Shown piece after piece: positions 28,625-37,258 of a stretch of DNA of 64,000 nucleotides. The stretch covers positions 12,825-76,824 of the forward strand of contig DASXTW010000160.1 of assembly GCA_036505215.1 (NCBI GenBank). The letters are read 5' to 3'. The position numbers were made by a program, and so were the translations under genes. The DNA comes from Actinomycetota bacterium. GTDB taxonomy: Bacteria > Actinomycetota > UBA4738. How positions within the stretch are numbered: the first letter of the stretch is position 1; every line of letters begins with the position of its first letter. The notes under the pieces are model-generated. The model was given only the letters and a program-made list of their open reading frames with translations, was not told the DNA's origin and ran no database searches.

Positions 28625-28680
28625 GATGGGTCACCCGGCTCCGCTGCGGCAGCTGGAGTCCCCCTGGGACGCCGAGATGA

Positions 28681-29040
28681 TCAGAACGTGAGGATCTTGT
28701 CCACTTCCGCCGCGAGCGTGACCGCCTCGGTCGGCGTTGTCCATCGACCGTCCACGACTGCCAGGTTCTCGTCCGTCGCCCCACGGGCGACCGCGCACGC
28801 CTTTCACACGTACACCGTGGCTCGATCCTTGAGCCCGGCCAGCAGCTCCTTCATGGGAGGAACGCCGATCCCCTGGATCGTCTCGGCATTGTCCTCGAGC
28901 AGGATCTCAGCGCCGTCTCCTGCGAAGAGCACCGTGACGTCCTGTCCCACTTCGAGCGAGCCGTTCACCGCCATGTGCAGCGGGACCGACGCCGCTGTTG
29001 GATCGCCGGTGCCCCGGGTGACGATATACAGGAACCTCAC
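28681..29040 (-). CDS. DsrE/DrsE-like small sulfur-relay/peroxiredoxin-like protein with in-frame TGA (candidate Sec at codon 79)
   Basis: Starting at GTG 29040 (SD GGAAGGAGG), the frame reads VRFLYIVTRGTGDP...KELLAGLKDRATVYV-TGA-KACAVARGATDENLAVVDGRWTTPTEAVTLAAEVDKILTF-TGA. The two halves are in one frame and together have DsrE-like size and layout. The ORF track shows only the upstream half (28804..29166). Confidence 0.6.
28775..28791 (-). promoter_or_regulatory. SECIS-like hairpin GUCGCCC-GUG-GGGCGAC, 12 nt downstream of the in-frame UGA
   Basis: 7-bp GC-rich stem with G-U in the apical loop. The spacing from the UGA is compatible with bacterial SECIS elements. Confidence 0.4.
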
Positions 29041-29199
29041 AGCCGACCCCTCCTTCCTATTAACCGATTCCGCCGAAGCCCAACCCGCCCGTGTCGTCCT
29101 GGATGACCTTGTGCTGCAGAAGATCGGCCATCGGGTCCACCTCGCTCGGCTCCACGATAGGGCCATCGGCAGCTCCGTGGAAGGGCCGGCGGGTCGCCT

Positions 29200-29988
29200 T
29201 CAGCAGTCGCTCGGACGAGCGTGCTGCAGAGGCCCGAGGTCGATCCCATGGCGACGGGCCAGGGCCACCACTCGCCGTCGGTAGACGTTCATGTCCACTC
29301 GGGTCCAGTCCCCGTGGGTCTGACACCTGAGCCTCGGCACCAGCTCGCGATGGAACGGGCTGGTCAGGCTCTCGTTGTGGCCGATCACGTTCTCGAGCTG
29401 GATATCGAACCGCTGCATCAGCCAGAGGGTGAGCTCGACCGAGGCCGCGAGCTGCTCGGGGTTGTCCAGGACCTCCTGGTCGCTGAGCCCGACGTGCTCG
29501 ATCCCGGTGGCCGTGTAGTTCAGCCCCACGGTGTGTCGGCACATGAGACCGAGGGGCACGAGCTGATAGATGGTCCCGTCGGTGTCGATCACGAAATGGG
29601 TACACAACCCGGGCAGCTCGTGGAGCTCCCGGTCCGGGACGTCCCGGGAGAACTCCGAGAACACCGGGGCGAAGGTCCTGGAGACGGTGACATGCTGCAC
29701 GATGACCTGGGGGTGCCGCAGTCGGTAGGTCCCGATTCCGTAGTGGCGCTCGGCGTACGCCTCCATCTCCTCCTTGCGCCGGGACGGAAAGGGAATGGGG
29801 TTCCAGACGATCGGAGGGCGCACAACGGCGCTGGGAGACGGGACCGAGGGGGAGGATACCGAGCTGAGACTCGACGGTTCCGTCGATGACGCGCCGGACG
29901 GCGCCTCGGGCTGGCTGGCCGACGTGGAGCAAGCAGCGAGTACAAGGGAAGTGGCCACCACGGTCTTCAGAAGCGTTTCGCGACTCAT
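29200..29988 (-). CDS. N-acetylmuramoyl-L-alanine amidase (Amidase_2/PGRP fold) lipoprotein
   Basis: Starts at MSRETLLKTVVATSLVLAAC (lipobox). The catalytic region reads HFVIDTDGTIYQLVP...GIEHVG...IGHNE. ATG 29988 overlaps the truB stop (ATGA). Confidence 0.85.
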   Translation of the reverse strand: MSRETLLKTVVATSLVLAACSTSASQPEAPSGASSTEPSSLSSVSSPSVPSPSAVVRPPIVWNPIPFPSRRKEEMEAYAERHYGIGTYRLRHPQVIVQHVTVSRTFAPVFSEFSRDVPDRELHELPGLCTHFVIDTDGTIYQLVPLGLMCRHTVGLNYTATGIEHVGLSDQEVLDNPEQLAASVELTLWLMQRFDIQLENVIGHNESLTSPFHRELVPRLRCQTHGDWTRVDMNVYRRRVVALARRHGIDLGPLQHARPSDC

Positions 29989-30866
29989 GAGGGAGTGAGG
30001 ATGACCTCTGGGACGGCCTTGGAGCCGCGATCCGAGTAGATCCCGATCAGACGGCCCTCGGGCCCGACGACGCGGTAGGGTCCGTCGATCCCGGCGGGAC
30101 CCAGGATGCTCCCGTGTGTTGCGGCCCTGGCTTCGTCCTCGGTGAGACCGACCGCCTCGAGGTGCTCGATGGCTCGCTCCAGGGGAAGCGGCCGGCCTGG
30201 TGTCTCGGGCGGTGCGGCGTCGTCGACGCTGTACGGCCCGATGGCCGTGCGACGCAGGGCGATCAGGTGCGCCCCGCAGCCCATCGACCGTCCAACGTCC
30301 GCCACGAGCGAGCGGACGTACGTCCCCGCCGAGCATCGCACCCGGAAATCGAACCGTGCCCCTTCAAGGCGTAGGAGATCGAATGCGTCCACGTGCACTC
30401 GTCGTGGAGCCGCCTGTACCGCCGTTCCCTTCCGGGCGGCTTCGTAGAGCTTGCGGCCGCTCACCTTCACGGCCGAGTAGGCGGGCGGGATCTGCTCGAT
30501 GTCGCCCACGAAGCGCCCCATGACAGCGCCCAACCCCTGTTCGGTGAGATCCACGGGCGATCGGCGAAGCACATCGCCTTCGGCGTCGAGCGTTGTGGTC
30601 TCCACCCCCAACAGACCGGATCCCTCGTAGACCTTGGGGAGGTCGCCGAGGAACCGCAGGAGCCGGGTGGCCCGGCCCACACCCATCAGCAGCAGCCCTG
30701 TGGCCAAGGGATCCAGCGTGCCCGAGTGCCCCACCTTTCGTGTGCCCAAGGCTCGCCGGACCAGGTCGACCGCATCGTGCGAGGTGATCCCGGCGGGCTT
30801 GTCGATCAGGAGAAAGCCGCTCGGTCCAGCTTCGTCATCCCGCTGTCCGGCTGCGGCCTCAGCCAT
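29985..30866 (-). CDS. truB: tRNA pseudouridine(55) synthase
   Basis: GFLLIDKPAGITSHDAV...GHSGTLDPLATG. I prefer the start at ATG 30866; the track extension overlaps nrnA. Confidence 0.93.
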   Translation of the reverse strand: MAEAAAGQRDDEAGPSGFLLIDKPAGITSHDAVDLVRRALGTRKVGHSGTLDPLATGLLLMGVGRATRLLRFLGDLPKVYEGSGLLGVETTTLDAEGDVLRRSPVDLTEQGLGAVMGRFVGDIEQIPPAYSAVKVSGRKLYEAARKGTAVQAAPRRVHVDAFDLLRLEGARFDFRVRCSAGTYVRSLVADVGRSMGCGAHLIALRRTAIGPYSVDDAAPPETPGRPLPLERAIEHLEAVGLTEDEARAATHGSILGPAGIDGPYRVVGPEGRLIGIYSDRGSKAVPEVILTPS

Positions 30867-31896
30867 CGTCCGCGGCTCGGCCGGGCTCGCTTCGGGCAGC
30901 CACAAGCGCCCGCACGAGCGGCCTGACCGTCTCCTCCAGCCCGGCCTGGGATGTGTATCCCGCCGCCAGGCGGTGCCCCCCGCCTCCGAACCCCTGGCAG
31001 ATCGCGCCGACGTCGGTTCGTCCACGCGAGCGCAGGCTCACCTTGAACCACCCGTCGCGCTGCTGCTTGATCACGCAGGCCACGTCGGCCTCGCGAGCCA
31101 TGCGGATGACGTCGATGAGGTCGTCTGTGTCCCCCATCGTGATGCCGGCTCGAGCCAGGTCTGCCTGCAGGACGTACGTCCACACCAGATCGGCCTCGGG
31201 GACGTAGTCCAGCCGATCCAGAGCCGCACCCGTCACCTTGAGGGTTCCCAGGGATCCATCCTCGAACAGCGCCTGGCCCAGTCGAGCGTGGTCGAACCCA
31301 TGGCGCCTGAGCTCCGAGGCCACCCGAAGGGTCTCCGGCGTGGTGGCCTCGTACATGAACCTGCCCGTATCGGTGATCACCCCCGCGTAGAGGCACGCGG
31401 CCGCGCCGTCGGAGAGACCTCCCCCCATCCGCTCGACCAACCGGAAGACCATCTCGGCAGTGGACGAGGCCGCCGGGTCGAGGACCACGATCGTGCCGAA
31501 CCCCGGGTTGGTCCGGTGGTGGTCGATCACGATCACCTCGGCCGCCCGCTCGGCGTTGGTGGCCAGGACCCCCAGCCGGTCCGGGGCTGCCGTGTCCAGG
31601 GAGACGAGAAGCTCCGGGCTCTCCGGAAAGTCCTTGGGGTCCACCAGGTAGCCCGCACCGTCCAGGGCAGAGAGCCAGCGCGGACGCACCAGAGGTTGAT
31701 TCCCCCAGGAGCACACCACCTTCTTGCCTCGCTCGGCCAGATAGCCGGCGAGTCCGAGCATCGAGCCGAGGGCATCGGGGTCCGGGTTGACGTGACAGGC
31801 CAGGGCCACACCGGAAGCGGCCTCGAGGGCCCGCGCCGCGCGATCGAGCTTCCCGGCGATCGCGTCCCTCTCACTCACCCTCGTCTTCACCTCCAC
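30859..31896 (-). CDS. nrnA: DHH-family bifunctional oligoribonuclease / pAp phosphatase NrnA
   Basis: Carries the DPDALGS, VIVIDHH and GGGGH motifs. Its position between rbfA and truB is typical. Confidence 0.85.
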   Translation of the reverse strand: MEVKTRVSERDAIAGKLDRAARALEAASGVALACHVNPDPDALGSMLGLAGYLAERGKKVVCSWGNQPLVRPRWLSALDGAGYLVDPKDFPESPELLVSLDTAAPDRLGVLATNAERAAEVIVIDHHRTNPGFGTIVVLDPAASSTAEMVFRLVERMGGGLSDGAAACLYAGVITDTGRFMYEATTPETLRVASELRRHGFDHARLGQALFEDGSLGTLKVTGAALDRLDYVPEADLVWTYVLQADLARAGITMGDTDDLIDVIRMAREADVACVIKQQRDGWFKVSLRSRGRTDVGAICQGFGGGGHRLAAGYTSQAGLEETVRPLVRALVAARSEPGRAADDG

Positions 31897-32266
31897 CCGG
31901 CTCGCTCGGCCCTTCGACAGCGCGCTGGGCCCCGATCTCTCGGAGCAGCTCGCTCACCCGCTCCACCTGAGCCAGCCCAACGTCCTCCTCGAACTCCAGG
32001 TCCGGCGTGAATTTCATCCGCACCTGATGGCCGAGCACGCCCCGCAGATGCGAGCGGGCCGACCGCAGCCCGGCCCGAGTGGCCCTGTGGTCTCGGTCCT
32101 GCCCCAGGACGGTGTAGAAGACGGTCGCTCGTCGAAGGTCGGGGCTCACCTCCACGCGTGTGACCGTGACGAAACCCACCCGGGGGTCCTTCAGCCTGGG
32201 GATCTCCTCGGCCAGGATCTCTCTGAACTCCTCGGCCACCCGCTCCGGGCGAGTCCCTCCGCTCAC
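31871..32266 (-). CDS. rbfA: ribosome-binding factor A
   Basis: RPERVAEEFREILAEEI...VTVTRVEVSPDLRRATVFY. I chose the GTG 32266 start to avoid overlap with the DUF503 gene, so the start is uncertain. Confidence 0.88.
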   Translation of the reverse strand: MSGGTRPERVAEEFREILAEEIPRLKDPRVGFVTVTRVEVSPDLRRATVFYTVLGQDRDHRATRAGLRSARSHLRGVLGHQVRMKFTPDLEFEEDVGLAQVERVSELLREIGAQRAVEGPSEPGGGEDEGE

Positions 32267-32291
32267 CGAACTCCCGCCTCTCTCGTCCTCA

Positions 32292-32594
32292 TCAGTCGTC
32301 GGGTCCGTGCAGCGACAGATTGACCCCGATGATCTCGACCTCACGCCACCGATCGACGTGCCGCTCGACCTCGTGCATCACCCGCTTGAGGTGGTAAGCC
32401 TCTCCCCCGACGGACGAGACGGCGATCGCCGTCCGTTGCCACAGGTCCTGGTGATCCACCTCGGCCACGGCGACGTTGAACTTCTGCCGCAGGGAGGCCG
32501 TGAGCGTCTTGACCACGTGCCGCTTCTCCTTGAGCGACCCCACGCCGGGGATGCGGAGGTCGAACCGGCACAAAGCCACGAGCACCGCAGCCAC
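32292..32594 (-). CDS. DUF503 (YlxP-like) protein
   Basis: LRIPGVGSLKEKRHVVKTL... is a typical DUF503 sequence between infB and rbfA. The start is trimmed to lie downstream of the infB stop. Confidence 0.8.
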   Translation of the reverse strand: MAAVLVALCRFDLRIPGVGSLKEKRHVVKTLTASLRQKFNVAVAEVDHQDLWQRTAIAVSSVGGEAYHLKRVMHEVERHVDRWREVEIIGVNLSLHGPDD

Positions 32595-32608
32595 TCCCCC
32601 TTGTAACG

Positions 32609-34717
32609 TCAGACGAGCGTGCGGGCGACCTCGCGCACTTCGTACGCCTCGATGACGTCGCCCTCGTGGATGTCCTGGAAGTTCTCCAGGCCGATCCCAC
32701 ACTCGAAACCCTCGGCCACCTCACGCACGTCGTCCTTGAACCGCCGGAGAGACCCCACGCGCCCGGTGTAGATGATGACGCCGTCGCGGACCAGCCGGGC
32801 CAGCGACCCGCGAGTGATCGTGCCGTGCGTCACCATGCACCCCGCGATCACGCCCATCCTCGGCACCCGGAACAGGGCCCTGACCTCCGCCCGCCCCAGC
32901 TCGATCTCCTGCTCCTCCGGAGCGAGGAGACCGGAAAGAGCCTTGCGGATGTCGTCCAGCGCGTCGTAGATCACCCGGTACAACCGCATGTCGACGCCCT
33001 CGGCCTCGGCAAGGTCTCGGGCCCCCACGTCGGGTCGAACGTTGAAGCCCACCACGACCGCGCCCGAGGCTGCGGCCAGCGAGACGTCGTTCTCGGTGAT
33101 CCCTCCCACTCCCTTGTGGATGACGTCGATCCGAACCTCGTCCTGTGGCAATTTGTCCAACGCGTCCAGGATCGCCTCAAGCGAGCCCTGGACATCGGCC
33201 TTCACGATCAGGTTCAGCGCGGGCAGCTCACCCCGGCGAGCCTGAACCAGGAGATCGGCCAGAGAGGCCTGCGGCCGCGCCGCCGCGAGCTCGGCCGCCC
33301 GGTGGCGGGCTTCCCGTTCCTGCGCGATGTGGCGGGCCTCTCGCTCGTCGGCCACCACTCGTACCTCGTCGCCCGCCTCGGGCACGCGCGGCTTCCATCC
33401 CAGGACCTGCACCGGCTTGGCCGGCGGGGCCTCGGACACGGGCTGGCTCCATTCGTCGAACATCGCCCGGACCTTGGCGAAGGCCGCGCCGGAAACCACG
33501 GCATCGCCTACGCGGAGCGTTCCCCGCAGGACCAGGTCCGTGGCCACCGGACCCCGCCCCGGGTCCAGGTGGGCCTCCAGCGTGATGCCTCTGGCCGGCG
33601 CCTGGGGATCAGCCTTGAGCTCGAGGATGTCGGCCACCAGCAGGATGGTCTCCAGGAGGCGGTCGAGGTTCTCCCGGGTCTTGGCCGACACGTCGACGAA
33701 CTCGAACTCGCCACCCCATTCGGCCGGAACGATCCCCTGATCGGTGAGCTGCTGGCGGACTCGCTGGGGGTCCGCCTCCGCCTTGTCGATCTTGTTCACG
33801 GCCACGATGATCGGGACCTTGGCGGCCCGGGCGTGGTTCAGCGCTTCGACGGTCTGCGGCATCACGCCGTCGTCGGCCGCCACTACCAGAACCACGATGT
33901 CGGTGACCTGAGCCCCGCGGGCACGCATGGCGGTGAACGCCTCGTGACCGGGCGTATCGATGAAGGTGATCTCCCTGCCGTCGTGGTGGACCTGGTATGC
34001 CCCGATGTGCTGGGTGATGCCGCCGAACTCCTGCGCGACGACGTCGGTCCGCCGGATGGCGTCCAGCAGGAGGGTCTTGCCGTGGTCGACGTGGCCCATG
34101 ACGGTCACGACCGGGGGTCGCGGAACGAGCCGCGACTCGTCGACCGGCTCCTCCTCTTCCTCCTCCAGCTCCTCCTCTGGGCGGACGACTTCCACAGGCT
34201 TGCCCAGCTCGGTGGCCACCAGTTCGATCGCCTCGTCGGACAGGGACTGGGTGGCCGAGACCATCTCCCCGGCGGTGAACAGAACCTTCACGATCTCAGC
34301 GGCAGTTGAGCCCAGCCTCTCGGCGAGATCCTGTGCCGTGGCCCCTCGGGGAACCCTCAGGGCCGGAACCGGAGGAGCGGGGGCTTCCTCGGGGACCGCC
34401 ACTTCCTTCGGTGCGGGGGCCGGGGGTTCGGGCGGCGCCTCTACCGCGGTGGCCGCCTTCGAGACCTCGCCGTCGCCCGACTCCCGGCGCACCGTCTCTT
34501 TCGCCTTGGCGGGCCGGGTGGCAGGAAGCTGATCGGCCGTGGCCGTGCGAGGCTTGCTGCCCGGCTTCACTTTCCCGCCGGCCGCGCGGATACGGGGAAC
34601 AGCCTCCTCCGGAACGGTCGAGGACGCGGTGCGGCCCTCGTATCCCATTGCCTGGAGAGACTCCAGGATCTCCTTGCTCGCCACACCGAGCTCTTTCGCC
34701 AGTTCGTGGATCCTCAA
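32609..34717 (-). CDS. infB: translation initiation factor IF-2
   Basis: 702 aa with the G domain [16 protein letters not shown]...DTPGHEAF...NKID. Confidence 0.97.
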   Translation of the reverse strand: MRIHELAKELGVASKEILESLQAMGYEGRTASSTVPEEAVPRIRAAGGKVKPGSKPRTATADQLPATRPAKAKETVRRESGDGEVSKAATAVEAPPEPPAPAPKEVAVPEEAPAPPVPALRVPRGATAQDLAERLGSTAAEIVKVLFTAGEMVSATQSLSDEAIELVATELGKPVEVVRPEEELEEEEEEPVDESRLVPRPPVVTVMGHVDHGKTLLLDAIRRTDVVAQEFGGITQHIGAYQVHHDGREITFIDTPGHEAFTAMRARGAQVTDIVVLVVAADDGVMPQTVEALNHARAAKVPIIVAVNKIDKAEADPQRVRQQLTDQGIVPAEWGGEFEFVDVSAKTRENLDRLLETILLVADILELKADPQAPARGITLEAHLDPGRGPVATDLVLRGTLRVGDAVVSGAAFAKVRAMFDEWSQPVSEAPPAKPVQVLGWKPRVPEAGDEVRVVADEREARHIAQEREARHRAAELAAARPQASLADLLVQARRGELPALNLIVKADVQGSLEAILDALDKLPQDEVRIDVIHKGVGGITENDVSLAAASGAVVVGFNVRPDVGARDLAEAEGVDMRLYRVIYDALDDIRKALSGLLAPEEQEIELGRAEVRALFRVPRMGVIAGCMVTHGTITRGSLARLVRDGVIIYTGRVGSLRRFKDDVREVAEGFECGIGLENFQDIHEGDVIEAYEVREVARTLV

Positions 34718-34995
34718 GCTTCGTCTCCTACTTCTCTTCCTAGTTCCTCTATTAGCCTAGCGGCCTCCGCCTGTCCCAGGGGGGCCTGCAGCGCCCGGGC
34801 GATCGCTCCCCTGCGGAGGGCCAGCCTCAGACACTCCCGGGACGGGTGGACGTAGGCGCCGCGCCCGGCGGCTCGACCGGTCGGGTCGAGGGCAACCCTT
34901 CTGTCGGGGCTCCTCACCACACGAATGAGCGCGCGCTTCTCCGCCTTCGACCGGCACCCCACACACGTGCGCTCGGGCTGCCGCTTCCCGGCCAT
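34714..34995 (-). CDS. ylxR: YlxR/DUF448 family RNA-binding protein
   Basis: 93 aa with RTCVGCRSK...LIRVV. It occupies the conserved slot between nusA and infB. Confidence 0.85.
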   Translation of the reverse strand: MAGKRQPERTCVGCRSKAEKRALIRVVRSPDRRVALDPTGRAAGRGAYVHPSRECLRLALRRGAIARALQAPLGQAEAARLIEELGREVGDEA

Positions 34996-34998
34996 ACT

Positions 34999-36267
34999 CT
35001 AGAGACCGGCCGACGCCTCCGGCTGGGCGGCCTTTTCCTTTGTCTTCCGTCCAGCCTTCTGAGCGACCGCGGCTTCCTCGGGGACCTCATGCTCCTGGGA
35101 AGCCTCTGGCATCTCGGGCTCAGCATCCTCGGGAACGGAGCCGTCTCCGGGAGCAGCTACCTCGACCTCGGGAGCCTCGCCCGCTTGGGCCAACACGCCG
35201 ACATCGCGTCCGCCGGGTGGTTTCTCTGCATCACCCTTGCGGGATTCGCGGCGCTGGCGGTCCTCGTCGGCCGCCTGCGTCTCGCTCTTGATGTCGATAC
35301 GGCAGCCGGTCAACTTGGCGGCGAGGCGGGCGTTCTGCCCTTCCTTGCCGATGGCAAGTGAGAGCTGGTAATCGGGAACGATCACCTGGGCGGTCCCGGT
35401 GGCCGTATCCACGTGGACCTCCTTCACCTTGGCCGGGGCCAACGCGTTGGCGACGAACCTCTCAAGGTTCGGCTCCCACTGGACCACGTCGATCTTCTCG
35501 CCGCGAAGCTCGTTCACTACCAGGCGAACTCTGGATCCTTTCGCCCCGACGCACGCTCCCACGGGATCCACCCCAGGCTCGTGCGAGACCACGGCGATCT
35601 TCGATCGGTGCCCCGGCTCCCGGGCGACGGCCTTGATCTCCACGATGCCCTCGGCGATCTCGGGGACTTCCAGCTCGAAGAGCTTACGGAGGAGGCCCGG
35701 GTGGGTTCGGGACACCACGATCTGCGGGCCCTTGGTGGTGCGCCGCACCTCGACGATGTAGGCCTTCAGCCGCTCGCCGTGACGATAGGGCTCGGACGGG
35801 ACCTGCTCAGCCTGTGGGAGCAACGCTTCCACCTTGCCCAGATCCAGCAGCGTGTACCGGTGCGAGTCCTGCTGGATGATCCCGGTCACGATGTCGCCCT
35901 CGCGCCCGGAGAACTCCTCATAGGTCATCTCGCGCTCGGCGTCGCGCAGCTTCTGATAGATGACCTGCTTGGCGGTCTGGGCGGCGATCCGGCCCATGAA
36001 ATCGGGCGAGACCTCCTCTTCCTTCTCGGAGAGAACCTCACCGGTCTCCTCGTCGATGACCTGCATCCACGCGCGCATCTCTCCGGACTCGGGGTCGAGC
36101 TGTACGCGAGCGCCCGTGGTGATCTCATCGAGCTCCGGGTCGTGCTGTCGCTTGTACGACTTGTAGGCGCTGGCCAGGGCCTCCTCGAGGCCGGACAGGA
36201 TCGTCTGGAACGGGATCCCCTTCTCCCGCTCGAGCTCCTTCAGCGCCTGGATCAGTTCCTGGTTCAC
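34999..36267 (-). CDS. nusA: transcription termination/antitermination factor NusA (with acidic/Pro-rich C-terminal extension)
   Basis: NTD, S1 and two KH domains are recognisable ([31 protein letters not shown]). Confidence 0.97.
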   Translation of the reverse strand: MNQELIQALKELEREKGIPFQTILSGLEEALASAYKSYKRQHDPELDEITTGARVQLDPESGEMRAWMQVIDEETGEVLSEKEEEVSPDFMGRIAAQTAKQVIYQKLRDAEREMTYEEFSGREGDIVTGIIQQDSHRYTLLDLGKVEALLPQAEQVPSEPYRHGERLKAYIVEVRRTTKGPQIVVSRTHPGLLRKLFELEVPEIAEGIVEIKAVAREPGHRSKIAVVSHEPGVDPVGACVGAKGSRVRLVVNELRGEKIDVVQWEPNLERFVANALAPAKVKEVHVDTATGTAQVIVPDYQLSLAIGKEGQNARLAAKLTGCRIDIKSETQAADEDRQRRESRKGDAEKPPGGRDVGVLAQAGEAPEVEVAAPGDGSVPEDAEPEMPEASQEHEVPEEAAVAQKAGRKTKEKAAQPEASAGL

Positions 36268-36740
36268 CGCTTGCTTCCCTCTGCCTTCTTTCTCAATTCA
36301 ACATTCCAGTCGGCCACGATGCGGGCCGAGAGGATGTCGTCATACAACACCTCGCGCTCGCCGGCGTCGGTGGAGATCCGGACGTCGTCCTGCCCCGCCG
36401 CCATCAGCGTCCCCGTCAGGGTCTGCGTCCCATCGGGCCAGGAGGCCTTGACCTTCACCGTCTCACCCACCCGCCGCCAGAAGTCCCTGGGCTCCTTGAG
36501 CGGCCGTTCGATGCCGGGCGAGCTCACTTCCAGCGTGTAGGGGCCCGGCTCGAAGCCCTCGAGGTCCAGCCGGCGGCTGATCCGCTCACTGGTCTCGGCG
36601 ATGGTGTCGAGGTCGACGCCGCCCTCGCGGTCGACGATCACACTCAGCACCTGGCGCCCCCTCCCTCGATGGAGAGCGACCTCCACGAGCTCCAGCCCTG
36701 CGGCTTCGACCACGGACCGGACCAGGCTCTCCAGGTCCAT
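36264..36740 (-). CDS. rimP: ribosome maturation factor RimP
   Basis: MDLESLVRSVVEAAGLELVEV is a typical RimP N-terminus. The track start at 36782 lies inside a terminator hairpin, so I prefer ATG 36740 (or 36755). Confidence 0.9.
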   Translation of the reverse strand: MDLESLVRSVVEAAGLELVEVALHRGRGRQVLSVIVDREGGVDLDTIAETSERISRRLDLEGFEPGPYTLEVSSPGIERPLKEPRDFWRRVGETVKVKASWPDGTQTLTGTLMAAGQDDVRISTDAGEREVLYDDILSARIVADWNVELRKKAEGSKR

Positions 36741-36757
36741 CTCGCCTCGCCCCATCG

Positions 36758-36786
36758 AAAAAGAACGTGGGCGCGTGCCCACGTTC
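36758..36786 (-). terminator. strong intrinsic terminator immediately upstream of rimP
   Basis: On the minus strand, GAACGTGGGC-acgc-GCCCACGTTC (10-bp stem) is followed by TTTTT. Confidence 0.8.
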
Positions 36787-36815
36787 GGTCAGTGCCCCTA
36801 CGTTTTCCGCAAGGA

Positions 36816-36824
36816 AGTATAGCA
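36816..36824 (-). promoter_or_regulatory. candidate extended -10 element TGcTATACT upstream of the rimP leader
   Basis: Read directly on the minus strand. No convincing -35 element. Confidence 0.25.
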
Positions 36825-36877
36825 CTGCGTGTTTTCACGAAGGAGCAAACGACGGAGCTGTCGTGCGCGCGGGGGGC

Positions 36878-37156
36878 CTACAGACCGCGCTTTTGCCCGC
36901 CAGGCTCGTTCCAGTGGTCCCGCTTGTTCATGCGCCTGGTCATTCGATCGTCCCAGCCGCGATGGAGGGGCACTCCGAGATCGTCCGCTACCGCGAGAGC
37001 TTCCTCCTCGGAGGGGAAGACCCACCGCGTCCAGTTCCCTCCGACGTCGATGAGGAGGAGATCGAACGTGTCGAGCCCGCATCGCTGGAGGAGGGCCTCA
37101 ACGTCCGGCTGGTAGGTGACGAACTTCTGGAGTTCGCCGGGAGTCGTCACTGCCAC
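36878..37156 (-). CDS. hypothetical protein (92 aa)
   Basis: The composition looks coding and the reading frame is clean. I recognise no family. Confidence 0.5.
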   Translation of the reverse strand: MAVTTPGELQKFVTYQPDVEALLQRCGLDTFDLLLIDVGGNWTRWVFPSEEEALAVADDLGVPLHRGWDDRMTRRMNKRDHWNEPGGQKRGL

Positions 37157-37258
37157 GCGTGGAGCCTAGGAGCGGGTTTCCTAAACCGCAAGCCAGCGGG
37201 AAAAGGCGTGACAATTTGCTCTGTTTGTGACGAAGTTCACTGACAGGATCGAGCATAC

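Noticed and set aside
28641-28670. Possible degenerate copies of the hairpin repeat: ccgctgcggcagctggagtccccctgggac at 28641-28670, and tgccgcttcgctgctcgaggctctcgggcctaccccttcccgctgg at 44154-44198.
   Set aside because: They share only short blocks (ccgct, gctg, cccctgg), which is too degenerate to separate from GC-rich background by eye. An nhmmer search is needed.
28804-28806. Genome-wide reassignment of TGA as an explanation for the interrupted DsrE-like gene.
   Set aside because: TGA terminates many well-defined genes in this window at family-typical lengths (dapF, pgsA, dapB, xerC).
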